Made by a program: the position numbers and the translations under genes
Notes under the pieces: model-generated
Told to the model about the DNA's origin: nothing
Databases searched by the model: none
Seen by the model: the letters and a program-made list of their open reading frames with translations, nothing else
Shown here: piece by piece, positions 32,057 to 52,634 of the stretch
How positions within the stretch are numbered: the stretch's first letter is position 1
Layout: each line of letters starts with the position of its first letter
Assembly: GCF_009914755.1 (NCBI RefSeq)
Contig: NC_060927.1
Length of the DNA: 64,000 nucleotides
Strand: one strand, 5' to 3'
DNA from: the human T2T-CHM13v2.0 reference genome, Homo sapiens

Positions 32057-34085
32057 TCATGGAGAATGGCAGAGCCACTAGTGGGAAAAAACCCTGGTCC
32101 TAGAATGACCTTATGGAATAAGCATTAAATAAACACTTATTGTGTTAAGCTACTGAGATTGCTGGGTTACCTGTTACAGTGGCAGATGATGTGTTGCCTA
32201 ACCAGCCCACTGTGGATGAAAACAGCTTTGTGAAAGCCACTTATATATTACTCCTCTATACTTTGTATTTACTAGCATGGAGGATTGGTTTTGAAGATAG
32301 GATGTATCAGTCATCAGAAATCACTGATTTAGTCTCTCTAGAACATATTTAGTTAATTTTCCAAGTGTATTAAATTACTCAATACTATATAATAAATATA
32401 TTAAATTATTAAGAACACAGTTTTCCAAATTTATTAACCCCCTGCACTTCTCTCAAGAACAAGAAGGTTGAACAGCTCTCACTTCTATAGCAACTTGTAT
32501 CCTAAACTTTAGCTTTGATAAAACTTTTCTACATTAAAAGGTAGAATGTGGGGTTTGAAACTCTGGCCTCCTAGCTATTGGTTTCAAGCTTCATATAGTT
32601 CTCTAATTTTGCCTCACAGATGCATATAGACAGGGGCAAGGAGTCCTGCTCCCCTGCCAAATTACTGCTTTTGACTGCCATGGAATTGAATTTGATCAGG
32701 AACCTCTTCTACTCAGAGAAGTAAATACCAAATAAGGATGTTTTAAATGTTAGTTTTGCAGTTTCTGATCAACTACATTCCCCTGTCCTGACAGGCCTGG
32801 GAGCCTGGGTGTGGTGTGAGAACGTGAACTTGCAGGGTTACTAATCAGAACTGCGTCTCCTGCGGGGCTGAGAAGCCTGGGCCTGGGCTCATGGAAACAA
32901 GCCAAAAATTGAGATCATCAGGGTTAGGATTTTGCGGGGAGCACAATGGAAGGGCAATGAATCATGGAGTTTGGAGACTTTGGCCCGAGAGTGGCTGAAA
33001 TGATAACTCTTAAAATTAAAGCTGAATAGAGAAGAAAATAAAGATAAGGGGAGCTGATCAAGTAATGGATGTAGTTGAAATAACCCATTAAGAAAGATAC
33101 AAGGAAAGATATGAGGTGGTGGTGGTAGTGAAGAGAGGGGTTTCAGATTTTGGAAGTGGAGAAATATTCAGGGTAACGACAAGACCTGTGGAGAAGCGAG
33201 TGTGGAATGTGGAAGTGAGGTGAGGTGAATGTCCCTGAGTCTGAGGAGGCAAAAAACCCAGATGCTACAAGGAGGGAATGATTGTCCATAGAGACGATGA
33301 GGACAACCAGGATGGCAGCAGGGTTTGGGCCAAAGTGGGTAACTGTGAGCCAGGTACTAAAGTGTTCAGCAAATGGAAGGCAGCCATGACAGTAATGAAA
33401 AGGGATAGAACGACAAGACCACAGTGCAGGACCACAAAGGACAGTGTCCCATAAAGCGCAATGGTCTGAGAAGTGACCCAGCTGTCCATGGAGTGTGGGA
33501 GAAGCGGCAGCATTCCCTGGAGAGGGCAGCAGATGCAGGTCCTCAGGGTAAGCCGGGTTTCAGTCAGGAGGCAGAGGAGTGTCATGGAGTCTGTCAGAGG
33601 ACACGAGGGAGCGGTGGAAGGTTGCATCACGAAGATGAAACGCATGGCAGTGTAGCAATACACATGAAGAGGGCAGAAACGTCCAGATCCTCTTACTTGA
33701 TTTCTATCTACGTGTCTTTTATATATTTAGTACGCCCTTTCCAATATTTTTCAAAACAATGTGGATATCATTTTAAAAAAATACTTCAAACTTTTACACA
33801 TTATATGCCAGAAACAAACCTGAAGGCTTTTAAAGAAAGGTTCACAACAAAATCGGGAAATCCTCTCAAACAGTGGTTGACAAACACAATACTGATACAC
33901 TTACCAGCTTGCTATTATTTGCATTAATTATTCTTGACTTGAAGGAATTGAAGGAGAAAGAGGTTAAGTGCACAACAACTAGAAATAAATATTGGTATTG
34001 CTGAAATATTTAATAGTACAAAAAGAGGAACAATCATAGTTCTTTGTCACTCTACTTATCCATCTTCTTAAAAAATCACAAGTGA

Positions 34086-34410
<325 letters not shown>

Positions 34411-34551
34411 TCAACAGAGTCAGAGCTGAAAGGAGCACAATGTATTTATATTAGAGACAGATTCTTTGATACCAAAGTTGAATTGAGAGAACAAACAGAC
34501 TGAGAAAATGTGGAGTGAGATCTTTGCCTCCAAGTTGGGTTGGTGCTACAG

Positions 34552-34872
34552 CAGGGGTCGCCAACCTCTGGCTGTGGACCGGTACCAGTCCGTGACCTGT
34601 TAGCACAGCAGGAGGTAAGCAACAGGCTAGGGAGCATTTCAGCCTTGACCTCCGCCTCCTGTCGGATCAGTGGTGGTATTAGACTCTCACAGGAGCGCGA
34701 ACCCTATTGTGAACTGCGCATGTGAGGGATCTAGGTTGCATGCTCCTTCTGAGAATTTAATGCCTGATGATCTGAGGTAGAACAGTTTCATCCCAAAACC
34801 ATCATCCCCCAATCCGTGAAAAATTGTATTCCGTGAAACTGGTCCCTGGTGCCAAAAGGTTGGAGACCACTG
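34552..34872 (+). mobile_element. MER1B hAT-Charlie element
   Basis: TIRs caggggtcgccaacc / ggttggagaccactg; degenerate 8-bp TSD tgctacag / tgctagac. Confidence 0.85.
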
Positions 34873-34914
34873 TGCTAGACAGCTGGGCAAGGGTTAAGAA
34901 AGTTGATGCTTTTA

Positions 34915-35426
34915 CACAAAAAGGCAAATATCATATGTTCTCACTCATATGTGGGAGCTTAAAATGTAGATCTCATAATGATACAGGGTAGATTGGTGGT
35001 TGCCAAAGGCCAGGAAGGGGAGGGGGGGATGGGAGATGAAGGGAAAAAAAAGGATATAAATATATTTATTACTACTGAACTGTATACTTACAAGTCGTAA
35101 AGATGGTTAAAAAAAAGAAAAAAGAAAGAAAAATCAGAATAAGGGCTATAGACTAAATAATAGTTCTTTATATTAATTGCCCTGTTTTTTAAAATAAATT
35201 ATACTGTGGTCATGTATGAGAATATTAATTTTAGGAAATACACATAAGTCTGTAACTTTTTCTTAGGGTTCAGAAAAGAGAGAGGGAAATAAAACAAATA
35301 TAGTAAAACGTTAACATTTGGAGGATCTGGATAAAAAGTATATGAGAATTTTTTGTACTATTATAACTTTCCTGCATGTCTTTAATTATGATTAAAAAAA
35401 CTTAAATATAAGAAAAAAAGAAAAGA
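34915..35426 (+). mobile_element. Composite L1 insertion (L1MA-like 3' end plus older L1MC/ME-like 3' end) within one TSD
   Basis: Perfect 19-bp TSD aagaaagttgatgctttta at 34896-34914 and 35427-35445. Confidence 0.8.
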
Positions 35427-35885
35427 AAGAAAGTTGATGCTTTTAGTAAACTATGGACCCTCTCCCCAGAAGATTGTACCTAAGCTGGTGCAAAGAATGC
35501 TTCACTTACCATCTCAAGGGATTTAAAATCCACCAAAGACCGTTCTTGAGCCGAGACTAAGAGCAAGTGAAGCTTAGGAAAGTGGCCCAGAGAAGCCAAT
35601 CAGGGAGCTAGCATCTGAGGAAGGAAGATATTTTGTTTGGGAAAATTCCAGAGGGAAAAAAAGTAAGGAAGCCATGGTTTCAGGGTTAAGATGGATTTGA
35701 GGATAGTGGTTTTGAACAGGTGAAGTGAATGGATCGGGGGACGGAAAGACAGAGACTTGATTGCAAATACCCAGCTATGAGAGTGACAGGCCACACCTTG
35801 AAATGTGGTACAAATCATCATCATCAGGAAATCCAGGAATGAGAGATTCATACAGGGAAGAGGTAGCATAGAATAAAAAATGCTA

Positions 35886-36160
35886 GGCCAGGAATGGTGG
35901 CTCACACCTGTAATCTCAGAAATTTGGGACGCTAAGGCAGGTGGATCACTTGAGGCCAGGAGTTCGAGACCAGCCTGACCAACATGGCGAAGCCCTGTCT
36001 CTACTAAAAATACAAAAATTATCTGGGCATGGTGGCAGTAGTCACAGCTACTCAGGAGGCTGAGGAAAGAGAATCACTTGAACCTGGGAGGTGGAGGTTG
36101 CAGTGAACCGAGATTGAGCCACTCCACTCCTGCCTGGGTGACAGAACAAGACTCTGTCTC

Positions 36161-36189
<29 letters not shown>
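35886..36189 (+). mobile_element. Alu
   Basis: Dimer with a long A tail, about 255 nt from the exon 6 donor. Confidence 0.95.
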
Positions 36190-36191
<2 letters not shown>

Positions 36192-36429
36192 AAACATTCC
36201 CAGTCTGGAGTCAGACCTAGGGTCAGACTTTCACCCTACTCGTGTTTAGCTCACCATTGAGAAGGCTGGCGTCTCTAGGCCTCTCATGTTAAAGAAGAGA
36301 GCTCATGGGGTGGTGTGAGAATTAGCTTAGCTAACACAAGTAATGTGTCTTACGTGAAACCTAGCATCCGGTAGCCCTAAGCAAATGGTAGCACATTACA
36401 TGAGCAGATTTGGAGGATTCCATTCATTA

Positions 36430-36804
<375 letters not shown>

Positions 36805-37189
36805 TCAGAGCTTTGGAAATGTTACTTGTACAAAGGGAATGTGAATATATAGTAATAACAATAACCTGTTCAAATTCAAAGCACAAACTAAAAGCTATTC
36901 ATTAAGACATTTAATGTACACTAAACATATGTACACTAACATCTCTGATATCTTTGCAACACAGTCCTACAAGATAGAATTTAGTAGACTCAAAGCAATT
37001 TTAGGTTACCTAGTTTAGGCATAAAAGTTGTATTTTCTTTTTAATCCAAGACCAAGACAATTTTATAATAGATTAATGATTAATTAATTAAATTAATCAA
37101 TAGATTAATATTTAATCTGTAATTAATATTAATATATTAAATATTAATGAGTCTAAGGAAAACGGTTCTGAGTTAATATTTTATTTATT

Positions 37190-37394
37190 AATTTTTAAAA
37201 ATTATTTCAGCTTTTATTTTAGATTGAGGGCATACATGTGCAGGTTTGTTACATGGGTATATCACACGATGCTGAGGCTTGGGATATGAATAATCCTGCC
37301 ACCCCAGTAGTGAGCATAGTACCCAGAAGTTGGTTTTTCAACCTTTGCCATCCTCCCTCCCTTCCCCTGTAGTAGAGACTCTAGTGTCTATTAT
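37190..37394 (-). mobile_element. L1P 3' fragment
   Basis: catgtgcaggtttgttacatgggtat; TSD tgagt[t/g]aatatttta. Confidence 0.85.
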
Positions 37395-37429
37395 TGAGTG
37401 AATATTTTAGATTCAAAATAACCTTAACT

Positions 37430-41150
<3,721 letters not shown>

Positions 41151-42392
41151 CAAATCACGCCTCATTAAAACTGTTAAAGTGTATCTAGAAATGAATTTAT
41201 CAAGAAAGGTACAAGACCTTTCAGAAGATAACTATACCATTTTATTGAAGAACATAAAATAAGACCTTAATAAAAACAGAAAAGCACCATGCTTCTGGAT
41301 ATAAATATTTAATAGCATAAAAATATATTTTCCATATGTATTATATATGAAATTTTAATAAGAATCCTTATGGTACTATTTTAAAAAATAACTTTACAGA
41401 ATGATTCCAAAGTTTTCATAAAATAATAAATTCATAACAACTTACAGTTACCAAAACTTCAGCTATACCAGAAGTTGTTTTCTATAATGTACTGGCATCT
41501 CTTAAAAAATAAAACCATTTTATCAAAAATGTACATCTTAGTTATTTAGACAGAAAGCCTACCAGGGCTTATACCAGAGCAGTTTCACCATAAAAAGACA
41601 TATGAACATAAGCGCATCTGGCATTGAGCCCCTCTGGCATTGGTGTGTTAGGCGTGTCCAAGGGAACGTGAGTAAGGTTTGGATGTAATCATGTGCACAT
41701 GGTAATATAGATATATTGTATAATCTCAGCCTCCTTTTTAAATCAAAGAGACAAGAATATTTTCTTAATGCTTGATTAGTAAGTAGTGTTGGAAAGAATG
41801 AGTTTCTGAATTAATGATTTCCCATATGATGTTAAAGAATAGGATTCAGGAATGGAGAGAAGACAGTGGTTATAGGCATGTGGTCCCTCTCACCCTACTA
41901 CTTTGAAAAAACATGAACCGTATCCAATAGGCCCACCAATTACTTGCTCAATTACCCAAAGAGTTAGCCCAATCCTCAATTTAAGGGAAAGCAAACTCAG
42001 CAGAGAAGAATGGGGACTCCCCCAGGGTCTACAGATGATTTAATGTGCCGGTGACCTAAAAGGAAGACAAGAATGGACAATGGGGAGAGGAAGGAGAGAA
42101 CAAGAGCATGGAGGCACAAGCGGAGGAGGAAGGCAGGCTGGGCTGCTGGTGCAATCTATGCCATGTAACAGGGCATAGACAGCGCTGGGATATCTTAGAG
42201 TTGGATCTCTGTCTTGTGATACTACCTCTGTTCCCAGCATTCCTGGGGGTGCTTCTCAACATCATAGCACACATCAGATTTATTTGAAGAGTTTACGAAG
42301 TTCAGATGCCCACATCATACCTCAAAATTAACTGCTGAATTTTTTAAGAGTAGCCATGCCCAGGCCTCACCATAGATTCAGTTAAGAATCTT

Positions 42393-42679
42393 TGCCGGGC
42401 ACAGTGTAATCCCAGCACTTTGGGAGGCCGAGGCAGGTGGATCATGAGGTCAGCAGTTCAGGACCAGCCCAGCCAAGATAGTGAAACCCCGTCTCTACTA
42501 AAAATACAAAAATTAGCCAGGCGTGGTGGGTGCCTGTAGTCTCAGCTACTACTCGGGAGGCTGAGGAAGGAGAATCGCTTTGAATCTGGGCGGCAGAGGT
42601 TGCAGTGAGCCGAGATTGTGCCACTGCACTCCAGCCTGGGCGACAGGGTGAGACTCTGTCTCAAAAAAAAAAAAAAAAA
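42393..42679 (+). mobile_element. Alu with a small 5' deletion
   Basis: Dimer with an A tail. Confidence 0.93.
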
Positions 42680-44866
42680 GGGAATATTTAAAGGTGGGGC
42701 CTAGTAAGACTATTCTTGAAAAGTTCAGAAGCTGATTTTAAGGTATAGCCTCTGGGAGCTCCAAGAGCAGAGAGTGTTGTCCGCCACTGAATCAAGGACA
42801 GCTGCAGTTCCTGGCAATTTCATTTTAGGCCAGAGATTGAAAAGAAAAGATGGGAAAAAAAGAGAGGAGAGAACAAAACTGAAATGAAAAGAAAGCCTGC
42901 TTAATGGTGTGCAGTAATTAGTTCTGATCAGCATAATCCTATTATCCCGGGGACACTGAAAACCTCGCAGACTGCATATGGGCATTTTGGGAGCTATCCA
43001 AGGCACTTGTCTAGACCAGTCCTAGGGCCAAACTAAGCATACCCACTGGAAAATTTTGGATCCGGGCACAATCATAGATGGTTTTTCCCTGCTCAATTTC
43101 CTATCTCTTTCTTGCTACAGCTATAACTAAGGATGCTGTTATCTTACAACTTCAGTTATAAGATATTCAGAATTTCCCCTTTGGGTGTATAAGTACAGTT
43201 GTTTTCAAAGTGTATTTCTTGTATACTTGGTAGTTTTCAAGTCACTCAGCAGTACCTATACAATAAGAGAGGCAAGTGTCAGTATGTCAGCATCAGCATT
43301 GGCTGCCCAGGGAAATGGGGAGGAAAGGAAGTAATCAGTGATTCAAATATACTATTAATTGAATTCTTTCCTTGACCCATTCACATTTTTTCTTAGTTCT
43401 ATGAGGTATTCTATGACATTTTTGATAAAAAAGATAAGTGAGTCACGTTTCTGAAGGAACAAAAGGAGGTGATTATTTTCCCTTCTTCTTCTGCTGTAAT
43501 GGCAGGAAAAGATTTTCTCTGCCTAGGCTAAAGAGAGACTCAACATGCGGTTCACGGAAATCGTGAACACAGACATCAAGGAATCTGTCTCTCTCTCTCT
43601 CTCTAACCCTGATAAACAGAAAGCTGTGTCCATCATAAAAGCTTTGCAAAGGACAGACAGAATAACTGCACATTAACAGGCTTCAAGAAGGTGACCCACA
43701 GAACTTGTCTAGCAGGTAAAAAGGAAGCTCAATTTAGACATGTGCGTAGGCCTCCTATGTAAGGCAGGTCACTCTGCTCTTTTGAAACATGTTCATATAA
43801 ATGTTCACAGCGGGTAAAAATAAATTACAAAGTGAAGAAGATAAAATGAAGAGAAAGACAAATAAAACCACTAAGGTTTTTTAAAAGCCACAACTCCAAA
43901 AGAACAAATAGACCAAGGTCTTTAGGCAGAATTAGAATTGTTAAAAGTGGCTAACACAGCCCAGCACAGCCACAGGAACAGGACCAGGGTTCATTACAGA
44001 AAGGAAAACGGAGCATTAGGTTCCAGAGTTGACACTCCCAGTTGGATAATTCCCTGTGCCCATTCCAGCTGGGGAAGGTAGAGAGAGAGAGAGCCTTTAG
44101 TCTCTTGGTCTTTGAATAACAGCACACACATTCAGCATCATGCCAGAAACATGCACATGAGAACAGGAGTTCTTAGTTCAGAAACAGGCAGGCTGCTAGC
44201 CACATGCATGTGCAAATATATAGCATTTTATAGGATGCTCCCCTCCCTAGTTTAGCCAATGCAATCTGGTTTGGCCAAGTAATTCTGCATTGCACTGCTA
44301 AATCCATTGCACTGCAGTAGTCTGGGAGGCTTCATAGAATACGAACATTAAAATGCATAAAGCTAATGAACTTCCACAGTCAACTCACCAGGATACAGTG
44401 TTAAGTTTGTAGAGAAATGTGCCGCTAAGTCCCAAATTGCGTTTTAGGTATGTTAACCTTCTACACTCCCTTCCCACCCGTAATTGGTTCCAAAAGTGCT
44501 GATTGGAACCTTGACCATTGGAAATTCCCTTTTCTCCCTCCTTTCCTATAAGAAGTAGAAACTAAATAAATGTTCTTCATCTTCTTCTTTCGTTGTTGTT
44601 GTTGTTTTAAAGCAAACATTTGAGCAGTGGGAGTGAGAATAGGCTGAATAATTGGAATATGGTTACAAATGGGAAAAGGGAATACAAAAATTCAACATGT
44701 ATTTTTTTTAAGACAGAGACAGACTTTGCATACCACAAAAGTCACCACTTTAAAGTGTATAGTTCAGTGTTTTTCAGAATATTCACAAGGTTGTGCAACC
44801 ATATGTGTATGCATTTTAACCATGCCTTTCATAACTGATTTACAAAAATATCTTTAAGACTATAGC

Positions 44867-45950
<1,084 letters not shown>

Positions 45951-47174
45951 AGGAAAGTGGGGAAGCACAAAAAGAAAAGATAGGCACAATACCTCAAATG
46001 AAAATGAAAGGCAAATAAATAGGCCTCCTTAAATTATAAATTTGGTAGGAGAATAAATGGCAAATGTTGACAAGATTCTGAGTTAATCCTTGGTTGATCT
46101 GTCTTTTTCTCTACCTTGATCTCCAGCGTTTGTCTATTACAAAGCAGCACCAAGAAATCATAGGATTTCAAACAGTGGAACTCATTTAAAAAAGAAAAAA
46201 CAGTAAAAGTCCTAGGGTTTCCATGGGATTCTAATCATTAAACCCCAAAACACACATTACACCCCAAAACCTTGCTTGAGTTGTTGCAAGGACAAATAAC
46301 TAAGCACCCAACCACTGTAGCCTGTGAGGTCTCAGAACATGATTTGAAACCAGCTAATTTTGTTGAACCCTTTCTTTTACCAATACATAAAACAAAGCCC
46401 CAAAGATGATTTGTTAAGGTCCCGTAGCTAAAGCTGAGACCTCTGTCTCTCCTGACCTCCAGTCCTGAGCCCATTTCTCTAACAGACTGCGTCCTTTCCA
46501 CACTGGCCTCCCAAAGTCATCCATTTTTTTGGGGGAGGGGGTAAATTTAATGACTTAGATATTAGGAAAAGATAAATTTTTTTTCAAATCAAGAGTCTAG
46601 ATTACCTACCACCCAAGTACAACCACTACTGAAAATTTGTTACATCGCCTTATAGTTTTTTCCTTATGCAGGTACATATAAGAACACACGCACACACTTG
46701 TAAAATTTTCTACCTGGCTGTTTTCTTCTTCATACTATATGTAAGCAATTTTCCAAGTTCTTCAACTTTCTTTAAAAATGGAAGTTGTAATAGCTGAATG
46801 GAGTCAGTTCATTGAGATTATCGTTTTTACATAATTAATTTCCCAGAACTAAATATTTGAGTTGTTTCCAATATTTTATGATAATCTAAAAGCTTTAGTG
46901 AGTATTACTGTATACAAATCTTTGTGTATTTATGTGATTATTTCTCTATGGTAAATTCCTAAGAATAGAAAAACTAAGTGAAAAGGTATGAGTAATTTTA
47001 AGCCTCTATAAGTGATTGTCCAGCTGCCTTCTAGACAGGATGTATTACAAGCATTCTAATGAGAGCTTATTTAAACTCAGTCTCACCGTATTTGTTCCAT
47101 CTGTTCTGATCTGCTTGGCAAAAATTAGTGTCTTTTAAATCACTGATTTTTTTATTAATAAATTTTAAAAAGCA

Positions 47175-47715
47175 TTTAAGAGTCAAGCATACACTTATTA
47201 CAACCCAGCAATACTATTCTCAGGTATTTACCCAAGAAAAAGGAAAAACTATGTCTACAAAGACTTGTGTAGGCCCAAAGTGGAAACAAACTAAATGTCC
47301 ATCAACTGATAATGGATAAACAAATTGTGGTTTACCCACAATGTGGAATACAAGTCAATAAAAAGGAACAAAATATTAATGCATGCAACAATAGGAATGG
47401 CTCTCAAAAACATTATACAAAATAAAGCCAGCCACAGAAGACTATATACTACTGCATGATTTCATCCATATGAGATTCTAAAAAAACCATAAAAGTATGA
47501 CAGAAAGTAGGTCACTGGTTGCCTGCGGCCAAGGGGAAGAAAAAAGGATTTATGGGAAAGGGGTATGAGAATACTTTTTAGGGTGATAGAACTATATTTT
47601 GATTGTGGCCATGGTTACACAACTGTAAACAACTACCAAAATTCACCAAACTCCCCCTTAAAATGCATGAATTTTATCTGTAGAAATTACACCTCAATAC
47701 AGCTGGAAAAAATAA
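47175..47715 (+). mobile_element. L1M 3' UTR fragment
   Basis: ggaaacaaactaaatgtccatcaactgataatggataaacaaattgtgg. Confidence 0.8.
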
Positions 47716-49102
47716 AAACAAAACCAAAAATAATTTAGAAATGTTTGAGAAAACTAACTTATCCTAAGCTGGAGAATAAAACAAAACAAAAGCAAAAATC
47801 ACTTAAGAAATTTTGGAGAAAAACTAACATTTTCATTTTTGCTTATTTCCTTTCCATTTGTATCTGTATTCATACATACTCCAGATAATGATCATTACTC
47901 TATACACAATTATATACTGTATAATTGCAAATACATGTACATTTATATTCTACACATTTTTATATCACAATTTTACATTTTTCTATATAGTTTTCATGAT
48001 TATAATTTAAAATAGTAACACATAATTGTCTAAAGCCCTGAAGTGTTAAAAGGTGAATTACAGGTTTAAAGCAAATGGTGCCTCAATATTTGGATGCCAC
48101 CAAGTGGACAAACTGTATAATGTCGTTGAGATGAAACACTATTTTGTAAGTTTTATAAAGTAAAAATGCTTAATTTAATGTTTACAATTAATTTTAAATT
48201 GTGAATAAATTAAAGTTATAACCAGACCATTTTAGAAATGTAGCTAAGGTTGAGACCTGGATCCAGGTCTCCTAGATCATGAACCTCAACTATTTCTTGA
48301 AGTAACTTAATTCTCAAATCAGAATCTAGGGAAATCACTTAAGGAAAAGAACTTCCTGTTGAAATTGAGACCTTTACAAACTAAAACTACAGATGTGAAT
48401 GACAGACACGGGTCTACCTTTAGCAAACCAAAGAATCATTTCGGGACCTCCAAATGCAAATAGCCTTTGCTGTGTGTCTGTCAAGTGACTTCTAACAAAA
48501 CAATAAGCCCCCTCGGGAAGCACAATGATGAAAACACAGTGAAGGTTGCCTGAAAGGCCGAGAAAAATAGTAGGAAATTTATTTCTATTTGGGCAAGGAC
48601 TTGCTGATTCTCTTTAGGGGTCTCCATTATTTTCTCCCCATCGTTCCTCCCCTCTCCAGTTCAAGCTTTTACTTTCACATTGAAACAGTAACTGGCTAGA
48701 GCCACAAAAAAGAAAGATTATTTCAGGAAAGTGTTTGGTCTCTGCCAAGGTCAACAAAAGAATGACTCCTTCAAAAGAATGCCTTTGAATGACACTGGGC
48801 CATTGCCTGCCACCAAGCGGGAGACCAGCACTCTGTTCTGCCTGTAACGCAATACTCTTCCCAATTATTTTTTTCTGGCTATTTTTACCCTCTCCATCTT
48901 GCTCATTTAAAGATGACAACATCCATAGACTGAAAAGAAACTGTGAAACAAACAAAAAAACCTCTGTGAGTGCCACTGAAAGAACTCTGAAAGGAACATC
49001 CCGAGTCCATAAAGTAAGAAACCACTGAGAGAAGGACATAACTCAGTTTGCGGAGACAAAGTTCTCAAGGCCCACAGTTTTACTGCGGTAAATTATAGAG
49101 CC

Positions 49103-50094
<992 letters not shown>

Positions 50095-50106
50095 AGGAGT
50101 TTCTTA

Positions 50107-50334
<228 letters not shown>

Positions 50335-50667
50335 TTACTCTCTCTAGTAGGAAAGGCTGTCTGTCTGGATATAAATATCTATTATTGAATAAAATAAGTA
50401 AGAACCACACTCACTGAAAGAATAGAAAGATCACCACTGAGGTAACCAGGAAACTTGGATTCAAGCTCCAGCTCTAGTTTCCACTATTTGTGTGACCATG
50501 AAGAACTGCACCAGGACCACAATTTCCTCATTGGCAAATGGCAATAATTATGCTTATCTCAGTAATTCTGAGTATTAAGTGAGAATAACAGATTCTCTTT
50601 ATATTCTATAAATCTCTATAGAAGTACTTTATGAACTACAGATCTCTATAGAAATGTGAGGTGTTTA

Positions 50668-51084
<417 letters not shown>

Positions 51085-52299
51085 TTAAAAAAAAGATAGT
51101 CCCCAGACATAAATATAGTTAACTCAATGAGAAAAAAATTAAGTTGACATTCTATAAGGTATAATTAAAATTACCTAGGACAAATGGGATGGATTTCTGC
51201 CAGTTTTTGGCTACCCAGCATCTCAGCTCCTCCCTTAGTTTGTGGAATTGCTATTGTGTGAGCTTTGAAGCCCTGCCTTCTACTACAGAAGCTGAAAAGG
51301 ACACAGATGATTAGACAATTGACAATTTGACTGTGGCAGCTGGAGTGTGGCCCATGACCCCAGTTAGTGAACTGAGTGCTCTGTTGAGGGTTTTTAGCTT
51401 GGAGTTAGTGACACTAAGCAGCAGCGACAGGTTAAATCTCATTTCACAGGTGCCAATATCTAGTGTCTGGCAGTGGTGGTGCTGGTATACTTAGCATCCA
51501 ATCATGCCATTGGCATCCTCCAGTACAGAATGTCAGCAATAGGAGATATAGAAGTTTGATGAGGGTTTGCACCGTTCCTAAATTTGCCTTGACAGTTCTT
51601 CACCAGTTGTAAATATGCAATTTGAACTGCATATTCTGAGGTAAGAGGTAGGGGACATCAGCATCCCCTACCCCAGGGTCAGAAGGAAGAAGACAGTGAC
51701 ACATCGCTTGCTTTCTTGCCAGTACCATCTTGCCTTCTGAAAAGCAACCATCAAATCCATCTTGGTGGCAACAGTCCCACAGTCTTCACTGCACTTACAG
51801 TGTTGGTGGATGCCATCGGAGACAAACCCTCCATTCCTGGTTCTTATTATTGCTTCAGAGAACTACAAATGAGTTTTCTTGATTGGATAGAAAGTTCAGT
51901 GATTTTTTTTTGGTAGGTCTCTCTTTGAAAAGCAGTATTTGGGCAGTTTTCTGGAAGTATCTCTGAAAACAGGCTTTCAGATCTCCTTCTGGAGTAAGGA
52001 GTAGGGTAAGAGGTACATAAATGGTTTCTGTACATAAGTATCCTGTGTATAAAATCACTTTGGTAAGGAGAGAGTGAATCAGCCTACCCAGGTTAAGGGA
52101 ACCAAGCAAACACAAAATGGGACATGGAAACCTGGATATTATTATAAAAGGATTTTGAGGTCAACTAAGCAGGGAGAATGTGAGCTACTCCCAGATAGAC
52201 TAAAAATTTCTCTAGCTGTAATGATTTCTTCTGGCTTGGATTTCACAAAATTGGAAGAGTACCACTACTATTCTAACAGAGTCAATGGGATTCCAAGTA

Positions 52300-52634
52300 C
52301 AGTCATATGCCATATAATAACATTTCTGTCAACAACACATATATGATGGTGGTCCCATATGATTACGATATCATATATTTACTGTACCTTTTCTATGTTA
52401 GATGTGTTTAGATACATAAATACTTTCCATTGTGTTACAAATGCCTACAGTATTCAGTACAGTAACATGCTGCACAGGTTTGTAGCCTAGGAACAAGAGG
52501 CCATACCATATAGCCTAGGTGTGTAATAGGCTATACCATCTAGGTTTGTGTAAGTAAACCATGATGGTCACATAACAACAAACTCGCCTAATGATTTCTC
52601 AGAATATATCTCGTTGTTCAATGATGCATAGCTG
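52300..52634. mobile_element. Tigger3/GOLEM-like TcMar MITE
   Basis: ta|cagtcat... start and gtagcctagg...ccatctaggtttgtgtaagt core. Confidence 0.75.

Noticed and set aside
33265-33927. 132-aa and 167-aa ORFs
   Set aside because: They lie in purine-skewed, probably L2-derived decayed sequence; no motifs or splice support.
51640-52280. Non-repeat-looking segment tested as another retrocopy or exon
   Set aside because: No convincing poly(A) signal plus tail and TSD arrangement, and no recognisable reading frame.
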